This document shows, one piece after another, positions 34,442 through 43,208 of a stretch of 56,717 nt of DNA. Below the pieces are notes generated by a model, which saw nothing but the letters and a program-made list of their open reading frames with translations, was not told the DNA's origin and did no database searches. Positions within the stretch are counted from its first letter, which is position 1. Each line of letters starts with the position of its first letter. A program made the translations under genes and the position numbers. Source of the DNA: Acidobacteriota bacterium (GTDB lineage: Bacteria; Acidobacteriota; Vicinamibacteria; Vicinamibacterales; UBA2999); assembly GCA_022842985.1 (NCBI GenBank), contig JALHON010000001.1:1-56717 (forward strand). The letters are read 5' to 3'.

Positions 34442-36705
34442 TGGCGCGCCACACCTCGACGTGGCCCGCCGGTCAGCGCCGCGTGATGGCGGCGCTGCTC
34501 GTGGCGGCGGCGCTCATCATCGCCGCGCCGTCAGGCATGGCCTGGGGCGTGCGCGCGCATACGTGGATCAACCGCGTGGCCGTGCGCACGTTGCCCGAGG
34601 ACGGTCCGGTGTTCCTCAAGGCGCACGAAGACTGGATTGCCTATCTGTTGGTGATTCCGGACGCGTGGCGCCGGCCGTCGGAGCCCTTCCTCAAGATGCT
34701 GGAGGATCCGAACCACGGCTGGTTCAAGGAACAGTTCGCGTTCATGACCGAGATTCCGCGGTCGCGCTACGAGTTCGTGCTGAAGCTCTACGACGAGCAG
34801 CGGCGGCTCGCGGCAGCGGGTGATCCGGCGGCCGCGCTGACCAACGTCCGCTGGACGGGCACGATGGCCTACGCGGCTGTGGAAGGCTACGAGCGGATGC
34901 TCACCGGCATGCGCACGTATCGCGCCCTGCGCGAGCGCAAGGAAGACACGCGCTTCGCCGAGCTCGAGATCGCGTATGCGATGGGCTGGACCGGCCACTA
35001 CACCGCCGACGGCGCGCAGCCGCTGCACGACACCGTGCATCACGACGGCTGGCAGGGGGCCAATCCGCGCGGCTACACGACCAACCCGCGCGTGCACGGG
35101 CTCTTCGAGACGCAGTTCGTGGACCTGATGCAGCTCGAGGGCGGTGACATCCAGCCGAAGGTGCCGGCGGCGCGGCGCCTCGCCGATCCCTTCACCGCTA
35201 TCGTCGAGCATCTCGACGAGGCGGGGCGTCACACCGAGCAGGTCTACCGGCTCGAGAAGGCCGGCGCCCTCGCCGATGCCGCGAACGTCGAGGCGCGCAC
35301 GCTGGTCATCCAGCAGACGGCCCGCGGCGCGGCCCTGCTCCGCGACCTCGCCTACACCGCCTGGCTGAAGAGCGGCGAGCCGCCGGTCAACGATCCCGGC
35401 GGCAACCCGATCGTGCCGGCGCATCCGCGCTACAACCCGGCGACGGGCAGCGCGCCGGCGCATGTCGCGCCGGCGCCTGGCACCGCGAAGCCGGCGTCTC
35501 CGCCCGCGGCCGACGCCGCTCGCGGCTTTCGCCCGATCGCCTTCACGGATCCGGTCATCGGGAAGAACTTCTATCTGCTCGATGCCATCGGCCGCACGCC
35601 GGCCGCACGCGCCGTGATCGAGCAGGCGCCAGCCCTGAAGGCGCTGCGCGACGCCAGGGTCGCGGCCCTGGCGAAGGCGGCGACGAGCTGCGGCAACGAC
35701 ACCACGTGTATCGCGGCGGCTTTCACGTGGACCGCGGCCGACATCGCGAGCGCCGAGCGTGCGCTCGTCGCGCTGGCCGCCGGCAACGGCGAGGTGCGTA
35801 CGCTCATCGCCCGCGACCTGCGCCCATCGGGCCTGCTGCAGGCCTACGCGGACGGCGACGACGCCGCGCTCCTCGCCGGTGCGTGGCGGGAGACGGCCGC
35901 CGGCCTCAACCGCATCATCGAGACGTACGCGCAGGGCAAGGCGCCGCGCTACCCGAAGATCGATGCGGTGTCCTACGACCCGGCGTCGGAGTCGTACCGT
36001 CGGCTGCTCGGCATCATGGCCGCCGTGCTGCACGAGCAGCGCGACGAGCTGACGACGTTCTACGCGCCGGCGCTGGCCTTCGCGCGCCGGCTGCTCGATG
36101 CGAACCGCCGCGATGAGGCCGGCCGCTTCGAGCCGATGCACGAGGGCGAGAACGCGGCGGCGGTGCGTCGCGCCGCCAGCGTCCGCTGGGCCGACTTCCC
36201 CTACACGGCGATCGTCGTGCCGGGGGCTGGCCCCGACCGTGAGGACGTGGCACTCGATCCATGGGCGAAGATGCGGCTGGAACTGGCTGTGGTGCGCTAC
36301 CGCAAGGGCCAGGCGCCGTTCATCCTCGTCTCAGGCGGCTACGTGCATCCGAATCAGACGCCGTTCAACGAAGCGCTCGAGATGAAGCGCGCGCTCGTGC
36401 GCGACTTCGGCGTGCCGGCTGAAGCTGTGATCATCGACCCGCACGCCCGCCACACCACGACCAACCTGCGCAACGCCGCCAGGCTCGCGTTGCGCTACGG
36501 CCTGCCGGCGTCGTCACCGATGCTCATCACGAGCGATGCCGGACAGAGCGCGTACATCAGCGGCAAGGAGTTCCACGACCGCTGTCTGCGCGAGATGGGG
36601 CACCTGCCGGGCACGCTCGGCCGGCGTCTGTCAGCCTTCGATCAGGAGTTCACGCCGTCGGTGCGCGCGCTGCACGCCGATGCGACCGACCCGCTCGATC
36701 CGTAG
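34441..36705 (+). CDS. fusion protein: N-terminal S1/P1-nuclease (zinc phospholipase C fold)-like domain, long linker, C-terminal DUF218 (YdcF/ElyC-like) domain
   Basis: ORF 34441..36705. The ATG overlaps the upstream TAA (TAATG). Signal/anchor. MAWGVRAHTWINRVA and GHYTADGAQPLHDTVHHDGW match the S1/P1 metal-ligand pattern. The C-terminus TAIVVPGAG...FILVSGGYVHPNQTPFNEALEMKRALVRDFGVP...IIDPHARHTTTN matches DUF218. Confidence 0.7.
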   Translation: MARHTSTWPAGQRRVMAALLVAAALIIAAPSGMAWGVRAHTWINRVAVRTLPEDGPVFLKAHEDWIAYLLVIPDAWRRPSEPFLKMLEDPNHGWFKEQFAFMTEIPRSRYEFVLKLYDEQRRLAAAGDPAAALTNVRWTGTMAYAAVEGYERMLTGMRTYRALRERKEDTRFAELEIAYAMGWTGHYTADGAQPLHDTVHHDGWQGANPRGYTTNPRVHGLFETQFVDLMQLEGGDIQPKVPAARRLADPFTAIVEHLDEAGRHTEQVYRLEKAGALADAANVEARTLVIQQTARGAALLRDLAYTAWLKSGEPPVNDPGGNPIVPAHPRYNPATGSAPAHVAPAPGTAKPASPPAADAARGFRPIAFTDPVIGKNFYLLDAIGRTPAARAVIEQAPALKALRDARVAALAKAATSCGNDTTCIAAAFTWTAADIASAERALVALAAGNGEVRTLIARDLRPSGLLQAYADGDDAALLAGAWRETAAGLNRIIETYAQGKAPRYPKIDAVSYDPASESYRRLLGIMAAVLHEQRDELTTFYAPALAFARRLLDANRRDEAGRFEPMHEGENAAAVRRAASVRWADFPYTAIVVPGAGPDREDVALDPWAKMRLELAVVRYRKGQAPFILVSGGYVHPNQTPFNEALEMKRALVRDFGVPAEAVIIDPHARHTTTNLRNAARLALRYGLPASSPMLITSDAGQSAYISGKEFHDRCLREMGHLPGTLGRRLSAFDQEFTPSVRALHADATDPLDP

Positions 36706-36714
36706 ACGTCAGCT

Positions 36715-36740
36715 CGCGCGGGCGGCAGACCGCCCGCGCG
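36715..36740. terminator. 11-bp-stem GC hairpin between convergent genes (bidirectional terminator candidate)
   Basis: CGCGCGGGCGG-CAGA-CCGCCCGCGCG, a perfect stem located between the stops at 36705 (+) and 36766 (-). Confidence 0.45.
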
Positions 36741-36765
36741 CACTCATCCCTCGCCGCCGACACGC

Positions 36766-38982
36766 TTACGGGCGGAAGCCCACCGCCAGCCAGGCGGTGA
36801 TGCCGGGCGCGTCGATCCCCGACCCATGCACCCGGTAGAGCCTGTCGAAGAGGTTGCGCACGCCGCCCGTGACCTGCAGGCGTTGACCCATCGGCGCGGC
36901 GCCGAACGCGTCCACGGTGATCCAGGCGGGAGTGCCGGTGGGCGAGATGCGGTGGTCGGCCAGGTCGCCTGACGACAGGCGGTTCTGGCGGGCCGCCCAG
37001 CGCGTCGCAAGGCCGGCCCAGGTGGAGGTTCGCGGACGCCACTGCAGCGCGACGCCGCCGTTCACCGGTGGGATGCGGCGCATCGGCTCGTTCCTGGTCA
37101 GGGCCTGGCCGCGGGTGGCCGTGGCGTGCGCGGTCACGACCACCGCCGGGTATGGCCGCCATTCCACCTCCGACTCCCAGCCGGTCACACGGGCTTCGCC
37201 GACGTTGGCTTTCTGGAACACCGGTTGGCCATCGAAGGTGGGCAGCCCGTCGTAGGTGGCGCGGACGCGGTCGATGAGATCCGTGAGATTCGTGCGGAAG
37301 GCAACCACCGTGGCCGAGACGGCGCGGCCGCGGGCGCGGATGCCGAGCTCGCTCGTGAGGCCACGTTCAGGCGCCAGGCCGGCCGAAGGCACTTCGATCC
37401 CCGAATCGAAGCGACCGAGCGTGCTCACGTCGTCGATGTTGGGTGCGCGAAACGACTGGGCGAGCGAGCCGAAGAGCAGGCTCTGGCCCACGAGCCGCAC
37501 GGATGCGCCCGTCTGACCCACCCATGCACTCGGCGTCACGTCGAGATCGCGGAAGGTGGCATCCGACGCGCTGACGCGGAAGGACGAGTAGCGCGTGCCG
37601 TCTTCGGCGCGCAGGCGGCCCGCGGTATAGACACCGCGGGCGAAGACGGCGGTGCTCGCGGCCGTGGCGCCGTCGGGATACAGGCCGCGGCGGTTGAGAC
37701 CCACACCCGTGCGCGTGTCGAGATCCACCCGGGTGCTGCGGACCGCGTCGGCGTAGGCTTCGCCGCCGCCCTGCAGCACGAGCTGTGGTGACAGCCGCTT
37801 CTGGATGTCGACCGAGAGGCCGAACGTGCGCACACGGTCGCGTTCGGTCGTGTCGGTGACCGAGCCGGCGCGCTGGATGCGGCGGCGTTCCTCGGTGCGC
37901 TGGAACGAGGCGGTGGCGGCCACCGCGTCGGCCCAGCCGAGGGACTGCGCGGTGTAGCGCAGCGAGGCGAGCTGGCGCGTCTGCGGGTCGAAGGCGTAGC
38001 GCGAGAACCCGCGCTGCACCACCTGATCCCAGCGCGGTACGTCGTCCTGATGGTGTGCCTGCAGCGTGGCGGTGAGCAGGTGCGCCGGCGACAGCCGCAC
38101 GGCGAGGGCCAGATCACCGGCCGCTTCGCCGAAGCCGCTCGGCGACAGCGTGCCGCGGCTGCCGCCGGCCCGCAGGTCGCCGGTGTTGTGCGCCGAGAGG
38201 CCGCCGCGCACGGCGAGCGTCGGACTCGCCAGTGACACGCCCAGGCGTCCGCGCTGTTCGACGGCCCCGGCGCTGATGCCGGCGCGGCTCTCGAGCGCAC
38301 GCGTCCAGCCGCCATTCGAGAACTCCGGGGCGCGGGTCACGAGATTGACGACGCCGCCAATCGCGTCGCTGCCGTAGAGCACCGAGCCGGGGCCGCGCAC
38401 CACTTCGATGGCGCCGAGGGTGTCCGGATCGACCGTGCCGAGGTACTGATTCGGGCCGAAGCGGTAGGTGGCGTTGTTGAGCCGCACGCCGTCCACGAGC
38501 ACCAGGATCTGGTTGCCGACGAGGCCGCGCACGTAAGGGGCGCCGGCGCCGAGGTTCGTCTTCTGCACGAGCACGCCCGCCGTGTCCATCAGCGCGTCGG
38601 GCGTCGTGCCGGGCAGGCGCGCATCGAGATCGGCGCGCGTCACCACCGACACCGCGCGCGGCACGTCCGACAGCACTTCGCGCGCGCGGCCGGCGGTGAC
38701 GACGACGCGTTCATCGACGCGAAGTGCGCGGCGGCGCAGGCGCACGACGATCGGGCGTGGCGCGCCGGGCGCGACGTCGAGTGCATGTGTCTCGAAGTCC
38801 GTGGCCTCCACGCGCACGCTGACGACGCCGCGGTCGTCGGCGTCGCCGATGGAGACGACAGCGCCGGGCACGGGCGCTCCGCTGGTGTCGTCGACGACGC
38901 GAACCTCGATCCGTTCGATGGGTTGAGCCGCAGTGAGTGACGCCGAGAGCATCAGCATCGAGGTGAGGACAATCGCGCGCAT
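36766..38982 (-). CDS. TonB-dependent receptor (plug plus beta-barrel) with N-terminal CarboxypepD_reg-like domain
   Basis: In the frame of ORF 36766..39123 from ATG 38982. Signal peptide MRAIVLTSMLMLSASLTAAQP. Plug motifs DALMDTAGVLVQ, APYVRGL and LVDGVRLNNA. Confidence 0.85.
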   Translation of the reverse strand: MRAIVLTSMLMLSASLTAAQPIERIEVRVVDDTSGAPVPGAVVSIGDADDRGVVSVRVEATDFETHALDVAPGAPRPIVVRLRRRALRVDERVVVTAGRAREVLSDVPRAVSVVTRADLDARLPGTTPDALMDTAGVLVQKTNLGAGAPYVRGLVGNQILVLVDGVRLNNATYRFGPNQYLGTVDPDTLGAIEVVRGPGSVLYGSDAIGGVVNLVTRAPEFSNGGWTRALESRAGISAGAVEQRGRLGVSLASPTLAVRGGLSAHNTGDLRAGGSRGTLSPSGFGEAAGDLALAVRLSPAHLLTATLQAHHQDDVPRWDQVVQRGFSRYAFDPQTRQLASLRYTAQSLGWADAVAATASFQRTEERRRIQRAGSVTDTTERDRVRTFGLSVDIQKRLSPQLVLQGGGEAYADAVRSTRVDLDTRTGVGLNRRGLYPDGATAASTAVFARGVYTAGRLRAEDGTRYSSFRVSASDATFRDLDVTPSAWVGQTGASVRLVGQSLLFGSLAQSFRAPNIDDVSTLGRFDSGIEVPSAGLAPERGLTSELGIRARGRAVSATVVAFRTNLTDLIDRVRATYDGLPTFDGQPVFQKANVGEARVTGWESEVEWRPYPAVVVTAHATATRGQALTRNEPMRRIPPVNGGVALQWRPRTSTWAGLATRWAARQNRLSSGDLADHRISPTGTPAWITVDAFGAAPMGQRLQVTGGVRNLFDRLYRVHGSGIDAPGITAWLAVGFRP

Positions 38983-38999
38983 GCCCGGCCATGCTAGAC

Positions 39000-39020
39000 C
39001 GCGAATGCCGTGAATTCGCG
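39000..39020. promoter_or_regulatory. inverted repeat CGCGAAT-N7-ATTCGCG in a divergent promoter region
   Basis: Read directly. It lies between the TonB receptor start (38982, -) and the phosphoesterase start (39084, +). The arms extend imperfectly to GACC/GGTC. Confidence 0.3.
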
Positions 39021-39083
39021 TGGTCGCGCAATGTTTACGTCCCCCTTGCGTCGCCGTTACGGCCGGCCAACAGGCTTGACGGC

Positions 39084-41624
39084 ATGACACGCACCGTTCG
39101 CGCGCTGGCTCTCGGCACCACACTCGTCATCGGCGTCACGTCGATGGTCACCTCGATCGCACAACGTGGGCCGGCGCCACCGGAGTGGCCTGGCGTCAAA
39201 GGCGGCGGTGCTGTGCTGTTGCCGAATGGCTGGACGGTTGCTCCCGCCGGCCGCAGCGTGCAGGTGGGCGACTTCCCGATGTCGATGGTGCTCGCGCCGG
39301 ATGGGCGCCGACTCATCATCAGCAACAACGGCTGGTCGAAACCGTCGCTCACGATCGTCGATACCGTGCAGGCCTACGTCAGCGCGCGCGTGCCGCTCGA
39401 TCACGCCTGGCTCGGCCTCGCGTGGCATCCCGATGGCAAGAAGCTCTATTCTTCAGGCGCGGCCGAAAACACCGTCAGCGAGTTCACCTATGTGAACGGC
39501 GGACTGGTGCCCGCGGGCAAGATCTTCATCGACCGGCCGGCCATCACCCTTACGCCGGGCACGCGCGATCTCGGCGGCACGGGCTTCATCGGCGGTCTGG
39601 CGGTGCATCCGGATGGCACGCGTGCCTACGCGGCGCATGTGCTCGGCCGGGCCATCAGCGTGCTGGACCTCAAGGAAGGGCAGGTGAGCCGTACCGTGAC
39701 CCTGCCGGCCGAGCCCTACACGGCCGTGCTCACGCCCGACGGCGGGCGCCTGTTCGTGTCGATCTGGGGCGGCAGCAAGGTGCTCGAACTCGATCCCGCG
39801 ACGCTCGACGTCAAGGCCGAGGTCGCCGTCGGCGAGCACCCGAACGCCATGGCGATCACGAAGGACGGCCGTCTCTTCGTCGCCTGCGCCAACACCAACC
39901 AGGTGTGGGTGGTCGACCTCGCCACCATGGCGGCGCGCGAGCAGATCTCGGTGGCGCTCTATCCCGACGCCCCTCCGGGCACCACGCCCAACGCGCTTGC
40001 GCTGTCTCCCGACGGCACGACGCTCGCCGTCGCCAACGCCGACAACAACACCGTGGCGCTCGTGGACATCAAGACCGTGAACGACAGCGAGGTTGAAGGG
40101 TTCATCCCCACCGGCTGGTATCCCACGGGTGTGCTCTTCTCGCCCGACGGGCGCCGGCTGTTCGTGCTGAACGGCAAGGGCTTCACCGGGCAGGCGAATC
40201 CGCGCGGTCCGCAGGCCACGTCCGGGGCGGCCGATGGGCAGTATGCCGGCCAGCTCCTGCAGGGGGCGCTCTCGATCATCGACATGCCGGATGAGGCGCA
40301 GCTCAAGGCGCATACCGCGAAGGTGATGGCCGTGACCGCCTACACCGACGCCAAGCGTCTCACGCCGGCCAACGCGCCGGTGGCGTCACCGATTCCCCGC
40401 CGCGTCGGCGACACCTCGCCCATCAAGTACGTGTTCTACGTCATCCGCGAGAACCGCACCTACGATCAGGTGCTCGGCGACATCGGCAAGGGCAACAGCG
40501 ATCCGACGCTGACGATCTTCGGCGAAGACGTCACGCCGAATGCGCACGCACTGGCCCGCGAGTTCGTCCTGCTCGACAACTTCTACGTGGATGCCGAGGT
40601 CAGCTACGACGGCCACGCCTTCTCGACCGGCGCCTACGCGACCGATGCGGTCGAGAAGCTGTGGCCCACGAACTACGGCCGCCGCGGTGGCGCCTATCTC
40701 AGCGAAGGCGGCTGGGGCGATCGCAATCCGTACGGCAATCTGTCCGCACCGGCCGCCGGCTATCTGTGGGACTTCGCGCTGCGCGGCGGCAAGACCGTGC
40801 GCAGCTACGGCGAGTTCGCCGAACGCCGCACGCCCACCTCGCCGGCCGAGGCCACGGTGCCGGGCCTCAAGGGCCGCGTGCACCCGCAGTATCCGCCCTA
40901 CGACCTCGACATCCCCGACAACCGCCGCATCGACGTGTGGCTCGAGGAGTTCCGCCAGTTCGAGCAGAACGGCGCGCTGCCGCACCTGAACATCGTGCGC
41001 CTCGGCAACGACCACACCTTCGGCACGCGCGCCGGCAAGCCCACGCCGCGGGCGATGGTGGCCGAGAATGACGCCGCCCTCGGCCGCTTCGTCGAGGCCA
41101 TCTCGAACAGCCGCTTCTGGAAGGAGTCGGCGATCTTCGTGCTCGAAGACGACGCGCAGAACGGCCCCGACCACGTCGACTCGCACCGCTCGCCGGCGCT
41201 CGTCATCAGTCCGTTCGCGAAGCGGGCGGCGCTCGACAGCACGCTCTACACGACCTCGGGGATGCTGCGCACGATGGAACTCATCCTCGGCCTGCCGCCG
41301 ATGAGCCAGTACGACGCGGCCGCGACACCGATGTACAACGCCTTCCAGCCCACGCCCACGCTCACGCCCTTCAAGGCGCTGGCCGCCCGCATTCCGCTCG
41401 ACGAGAAGAACGGCGCCGGCGCCTGGGGCGCGCAGGCCTCGCTGCAGATGAACTTCGAGGTCGCCGACATGACGCCCGAGTACGAGCTCAACGAGATCGT
41501 GTGGAAGTCGGTGCGTGGTGCGGATTCGCCGATGCCGCCGCCGGTGCGTTCGGGGTTCATCCGCGTCATCGAAGACGAAGAAGAAGAGGAGCGCGAACGC
41601 GCGGCCGCGAAGCCGCGCCAGTAG
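39084..41624 (+). CDS. secreted bifunctional-looking protein: YncE-like beta-propeller plus phosphoesterase (PLC/AcpA family) domain
   Basis: In the frame of ORF 38991..41624 from ATG 39084. Repeated LAxxPDG(K/R/T)xL(Y/F) blades. C-terminal YVIRENRTYDQVLGD, GNDHTFG and LEDDAQNGPDHVDSHRSP are typical of the phosphoesterase family. Confidence 0.8.
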   Translation: MTRTVRALALGTTLVIGVTSMVTSIAQRGPAPPEWPGVKGGGAVLLPNGWTVAPAGRSVQVGDFPMSMVLAPDGRRLIISNNGWSKPSLTIVDTVQAYVSARVPLDHAWLGLAWHPDGKKLYSSGAAENTVSEFTYVNGGLVPAGKIFIDRPAITLTPGTRDLGGTGFIGGLAVHPDGTRAYAAHVLGRAISVLDLKEGQVSRTVTLPAEPYTAVLTPDGGRLFVSIWGGSKVLELDPATLDVKAEVAVGEHPNAMAITKDGRLFVACANTNQVWVVDLATMAAREQISVALYPDAPPGTTPNALALSPDGTTLAVANADNNTVALVDIKTVNDSEVEGFIPTGWYPTGVLFSPDGRRLFVLNGKGFTGQANPRGPQATSGAADGQYAGQLLQGALSIIDMPDEAQLKAHTAKVMAVTAYTDAKRLTPANAPVASPIPRRVGDTSPIKYVFYVIRENRTYDQVLGDIGKGNSDPTLTIFGEDVTPNAHALAREFVLLDNFYVDAEVSYDGHAFSTGAYATDAVEKLWPTNYGRRGGAYLSEGGWGDRNPYGNLSAPAAGYLWDFALRGGKTVRSYGEFAERRTPTSPAEATVPGLKGRVHPQYPPYDLDIPDNRRIDVWLEEFRQFEQNGALPHLNIVRLGNDHTFGTRAGKPTPRAMVAENDAALGRFVEAISNSRFWKESAIFVLEDDAQNGPDHVDSHRSPALVISPFAKRAALDSTLYTTSGMLRTMELILGLPPMSQYDAAATPMYNAFQPTPTLTPFKALAARIPLDEKNGAGAWGAQASLQMNFEVADMTPEYELNEIVWKSVRGADSPMPPPVRSGFIRVIEDEEEEERERAAAKPRQ

Positions 41625-41744
41625 TCTCACGGTCGTCGCGGGGGCGGCGGCGACCCGTCAGGGGCCGTCGTGCACGCAGCCGACGCGCGATTGACATCGT
41701 GCCGTTGCAGGGTTGCCACACCGGCGCGTCACGATCGCGGCACC

Positions 41745-43094
41745 ATGCTGCCGACCCGCCGCACCTTCCTTGCCCGCGCCGCCCTCGGGGGCGGCGCCAT
41801 CACGCTGCCGCTCGATGCGCTGCGCGCCGCCGTGCGCCGCGACGGTCTCGCGCGCGAGACGCCGGCCTACGGGCCGCTCGTGCCTGTGCCGGACGAGACG
41901 ACGGGCCTGCCGCTGCTCCAGCTGCCGGAAGGGTTCCGCTACGCGTCGTTCGGCTGGACGGGCGACCCGATGGAGGGCGGCATCCGGACGCCAGGCGCGC
42001 ACGACGGCATGGCGGCGTTCTCCGGCCCCGATGGTCTCGTGCATCTCGTGCGCAACCACGAACTCGATCCCGGCCCGGCGTTCGCGGCGGCACGCGCCTA
42101 CGATGCCGGCGGCGGTGCTGGCACGACGACCGTGGCGTTCAACCCGTCGACCGGACGCGCCGAACGCAGCTGGGCCAGTCTGTCGGGCACGCTGCGCAAC
42201 TGCGCCGGCGGGCCGACGCCGTGGGGGTCGTGGCTGACCTGCGAGGAAACGGTGCTCGGGCCGGAAGACGGGCGCGGGCTGGCCGAGCGTCACGGCTACG
42301 TGTTCGAAGTGCCGCTCACGGGCGAGCCGACACGTCAGCCCCTCACGGCGATGGGGCGGTTCGTGCACGAAGCGGTGGCGGTCGATCCGGCCACCGGCAT
42401 CGTCTACCAGACCGAAGATGCCGATCGCGCCGGCCTCTACCGGTTCGTGCCGCACACCCCGGGCCGGCTCACGGCCGGCCGGTTGCAGATGCTCGCGGTG
42501 CGCGGCCGTGCCCGCGCCGACCTGCGCAGCGGCCAGATGACGCGGGTGCCGATGGGCGTCTACTGGGTGGACATCGACGTGCCGGACGTCAAGCGGCCGG
42601 GACAGGGCGGACGCACGGTCTTCGATCAGGGGCGGGCCGCCGGTGGCGCGATGTTCGCGCGCCTCGAAGGCGCCTGGCACGCCGACGGCCGCATCTCCGT
42701 CACGAGCACGAGCGGCGGCAACGCGAAGATGGGGCAGGTGTGGGAACTCATCACCGGCGCCGATCAGTTGAGCCTGGTCTACGAGTCGCCCGGGATGCAC
42801 GAACTCAACATGCCCGACAACCTCACCGTGAGCCCGCGCGGCGGACTCGTGCTCTGCGAGGACGGCACGGCCAACCCCTGCGTGCACACGCTCACACGCG
42901 ACGGCCGGATCGTCCGCTTCGCCCGCAACAACGTGCAGCTGGCAGGTGAACGCCACGGCATCGAGGGCGACTTCCGGTCCAGCGAAATCGCCGGCGCCAC
43001 CTTCAGCCCGGACGGGCGGTGGCTGTTCCTCAACGTGCAGCACCCCGGGTTCACCGTGGCCATCACCGGGCCGTGGGAGCGCGGTCCGATCTAG
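41745..43094 (+). CDS. phoX: PhoX-type (DUF839) alkaline phosphatase with twin-arginine signal
   Basis: In the frame of ORF 41670..43094 from ATG 41745. MLPTRRTFLARAALGG. CAGGPTPWGSWLTCEE, GRFVHEAVAVDP, GLYRFVP and NMPDNLTV. Confidence 0.8.
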   Translation: MLPTRRTFLARAALGGGAITLPLDALRAAVRRDGLARETPAYGPLVPVPDETTGLPLLQLPEGFRYASFGWTGDPMEGGIRTPGAHDGMAAFSGPDGLVHLVRNHELDPGPAFAAARAYDAGGGAGTTTVAFNPSTGRAERSWASLSGTLRNCAGGPTPWGSWLTCEETVLGPEDGRGLAERHGYVFEVPLTGEPTRQPLTAMGRFVHEAVAVDPATGIVYQTEDADRAGLYRFVPHTPGRLTAGRLQMLAVRGRARADLRSGQMTRVPMGVYWVDIDVPDVKRPGQGGRTVFDQGRAAGGAMFARLEGAWHADGRISVTSTSGGNAKMGQVWELITGADQLSLVYESPGMHELNMPDNLTVSPRGGLVLCEDGTANPCVHTLTRDGRIVRFARNNVQLAGERHGIEGDFRSSEIAGATFSPDGRWLFLNVQHPGFTVAITGPWERGPI

Positions 43095-43208
43095 TCATCC
43101 GCTTGTTGCGCGCTCGTGACAGAAACGAGTCGCGTGCGAGACGGCTCTGACATGCCCGTCTGGCTGAATGGACCTGGCCGATCGACACGGCCATGTCCAG
43201 GAGGCAGG

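Noticed and set aside
41691-41720. Possible Pho-box-like direct repeats (TTGACA / TTGCAG / TTGCCA) upstream of phoX
   Set aside because: The spacing (14 and 8 nt) does not fit the 11-nt periodicity of known Pho boxes. The hexamers are also too degenerate to distinguish from a simple -35 element.
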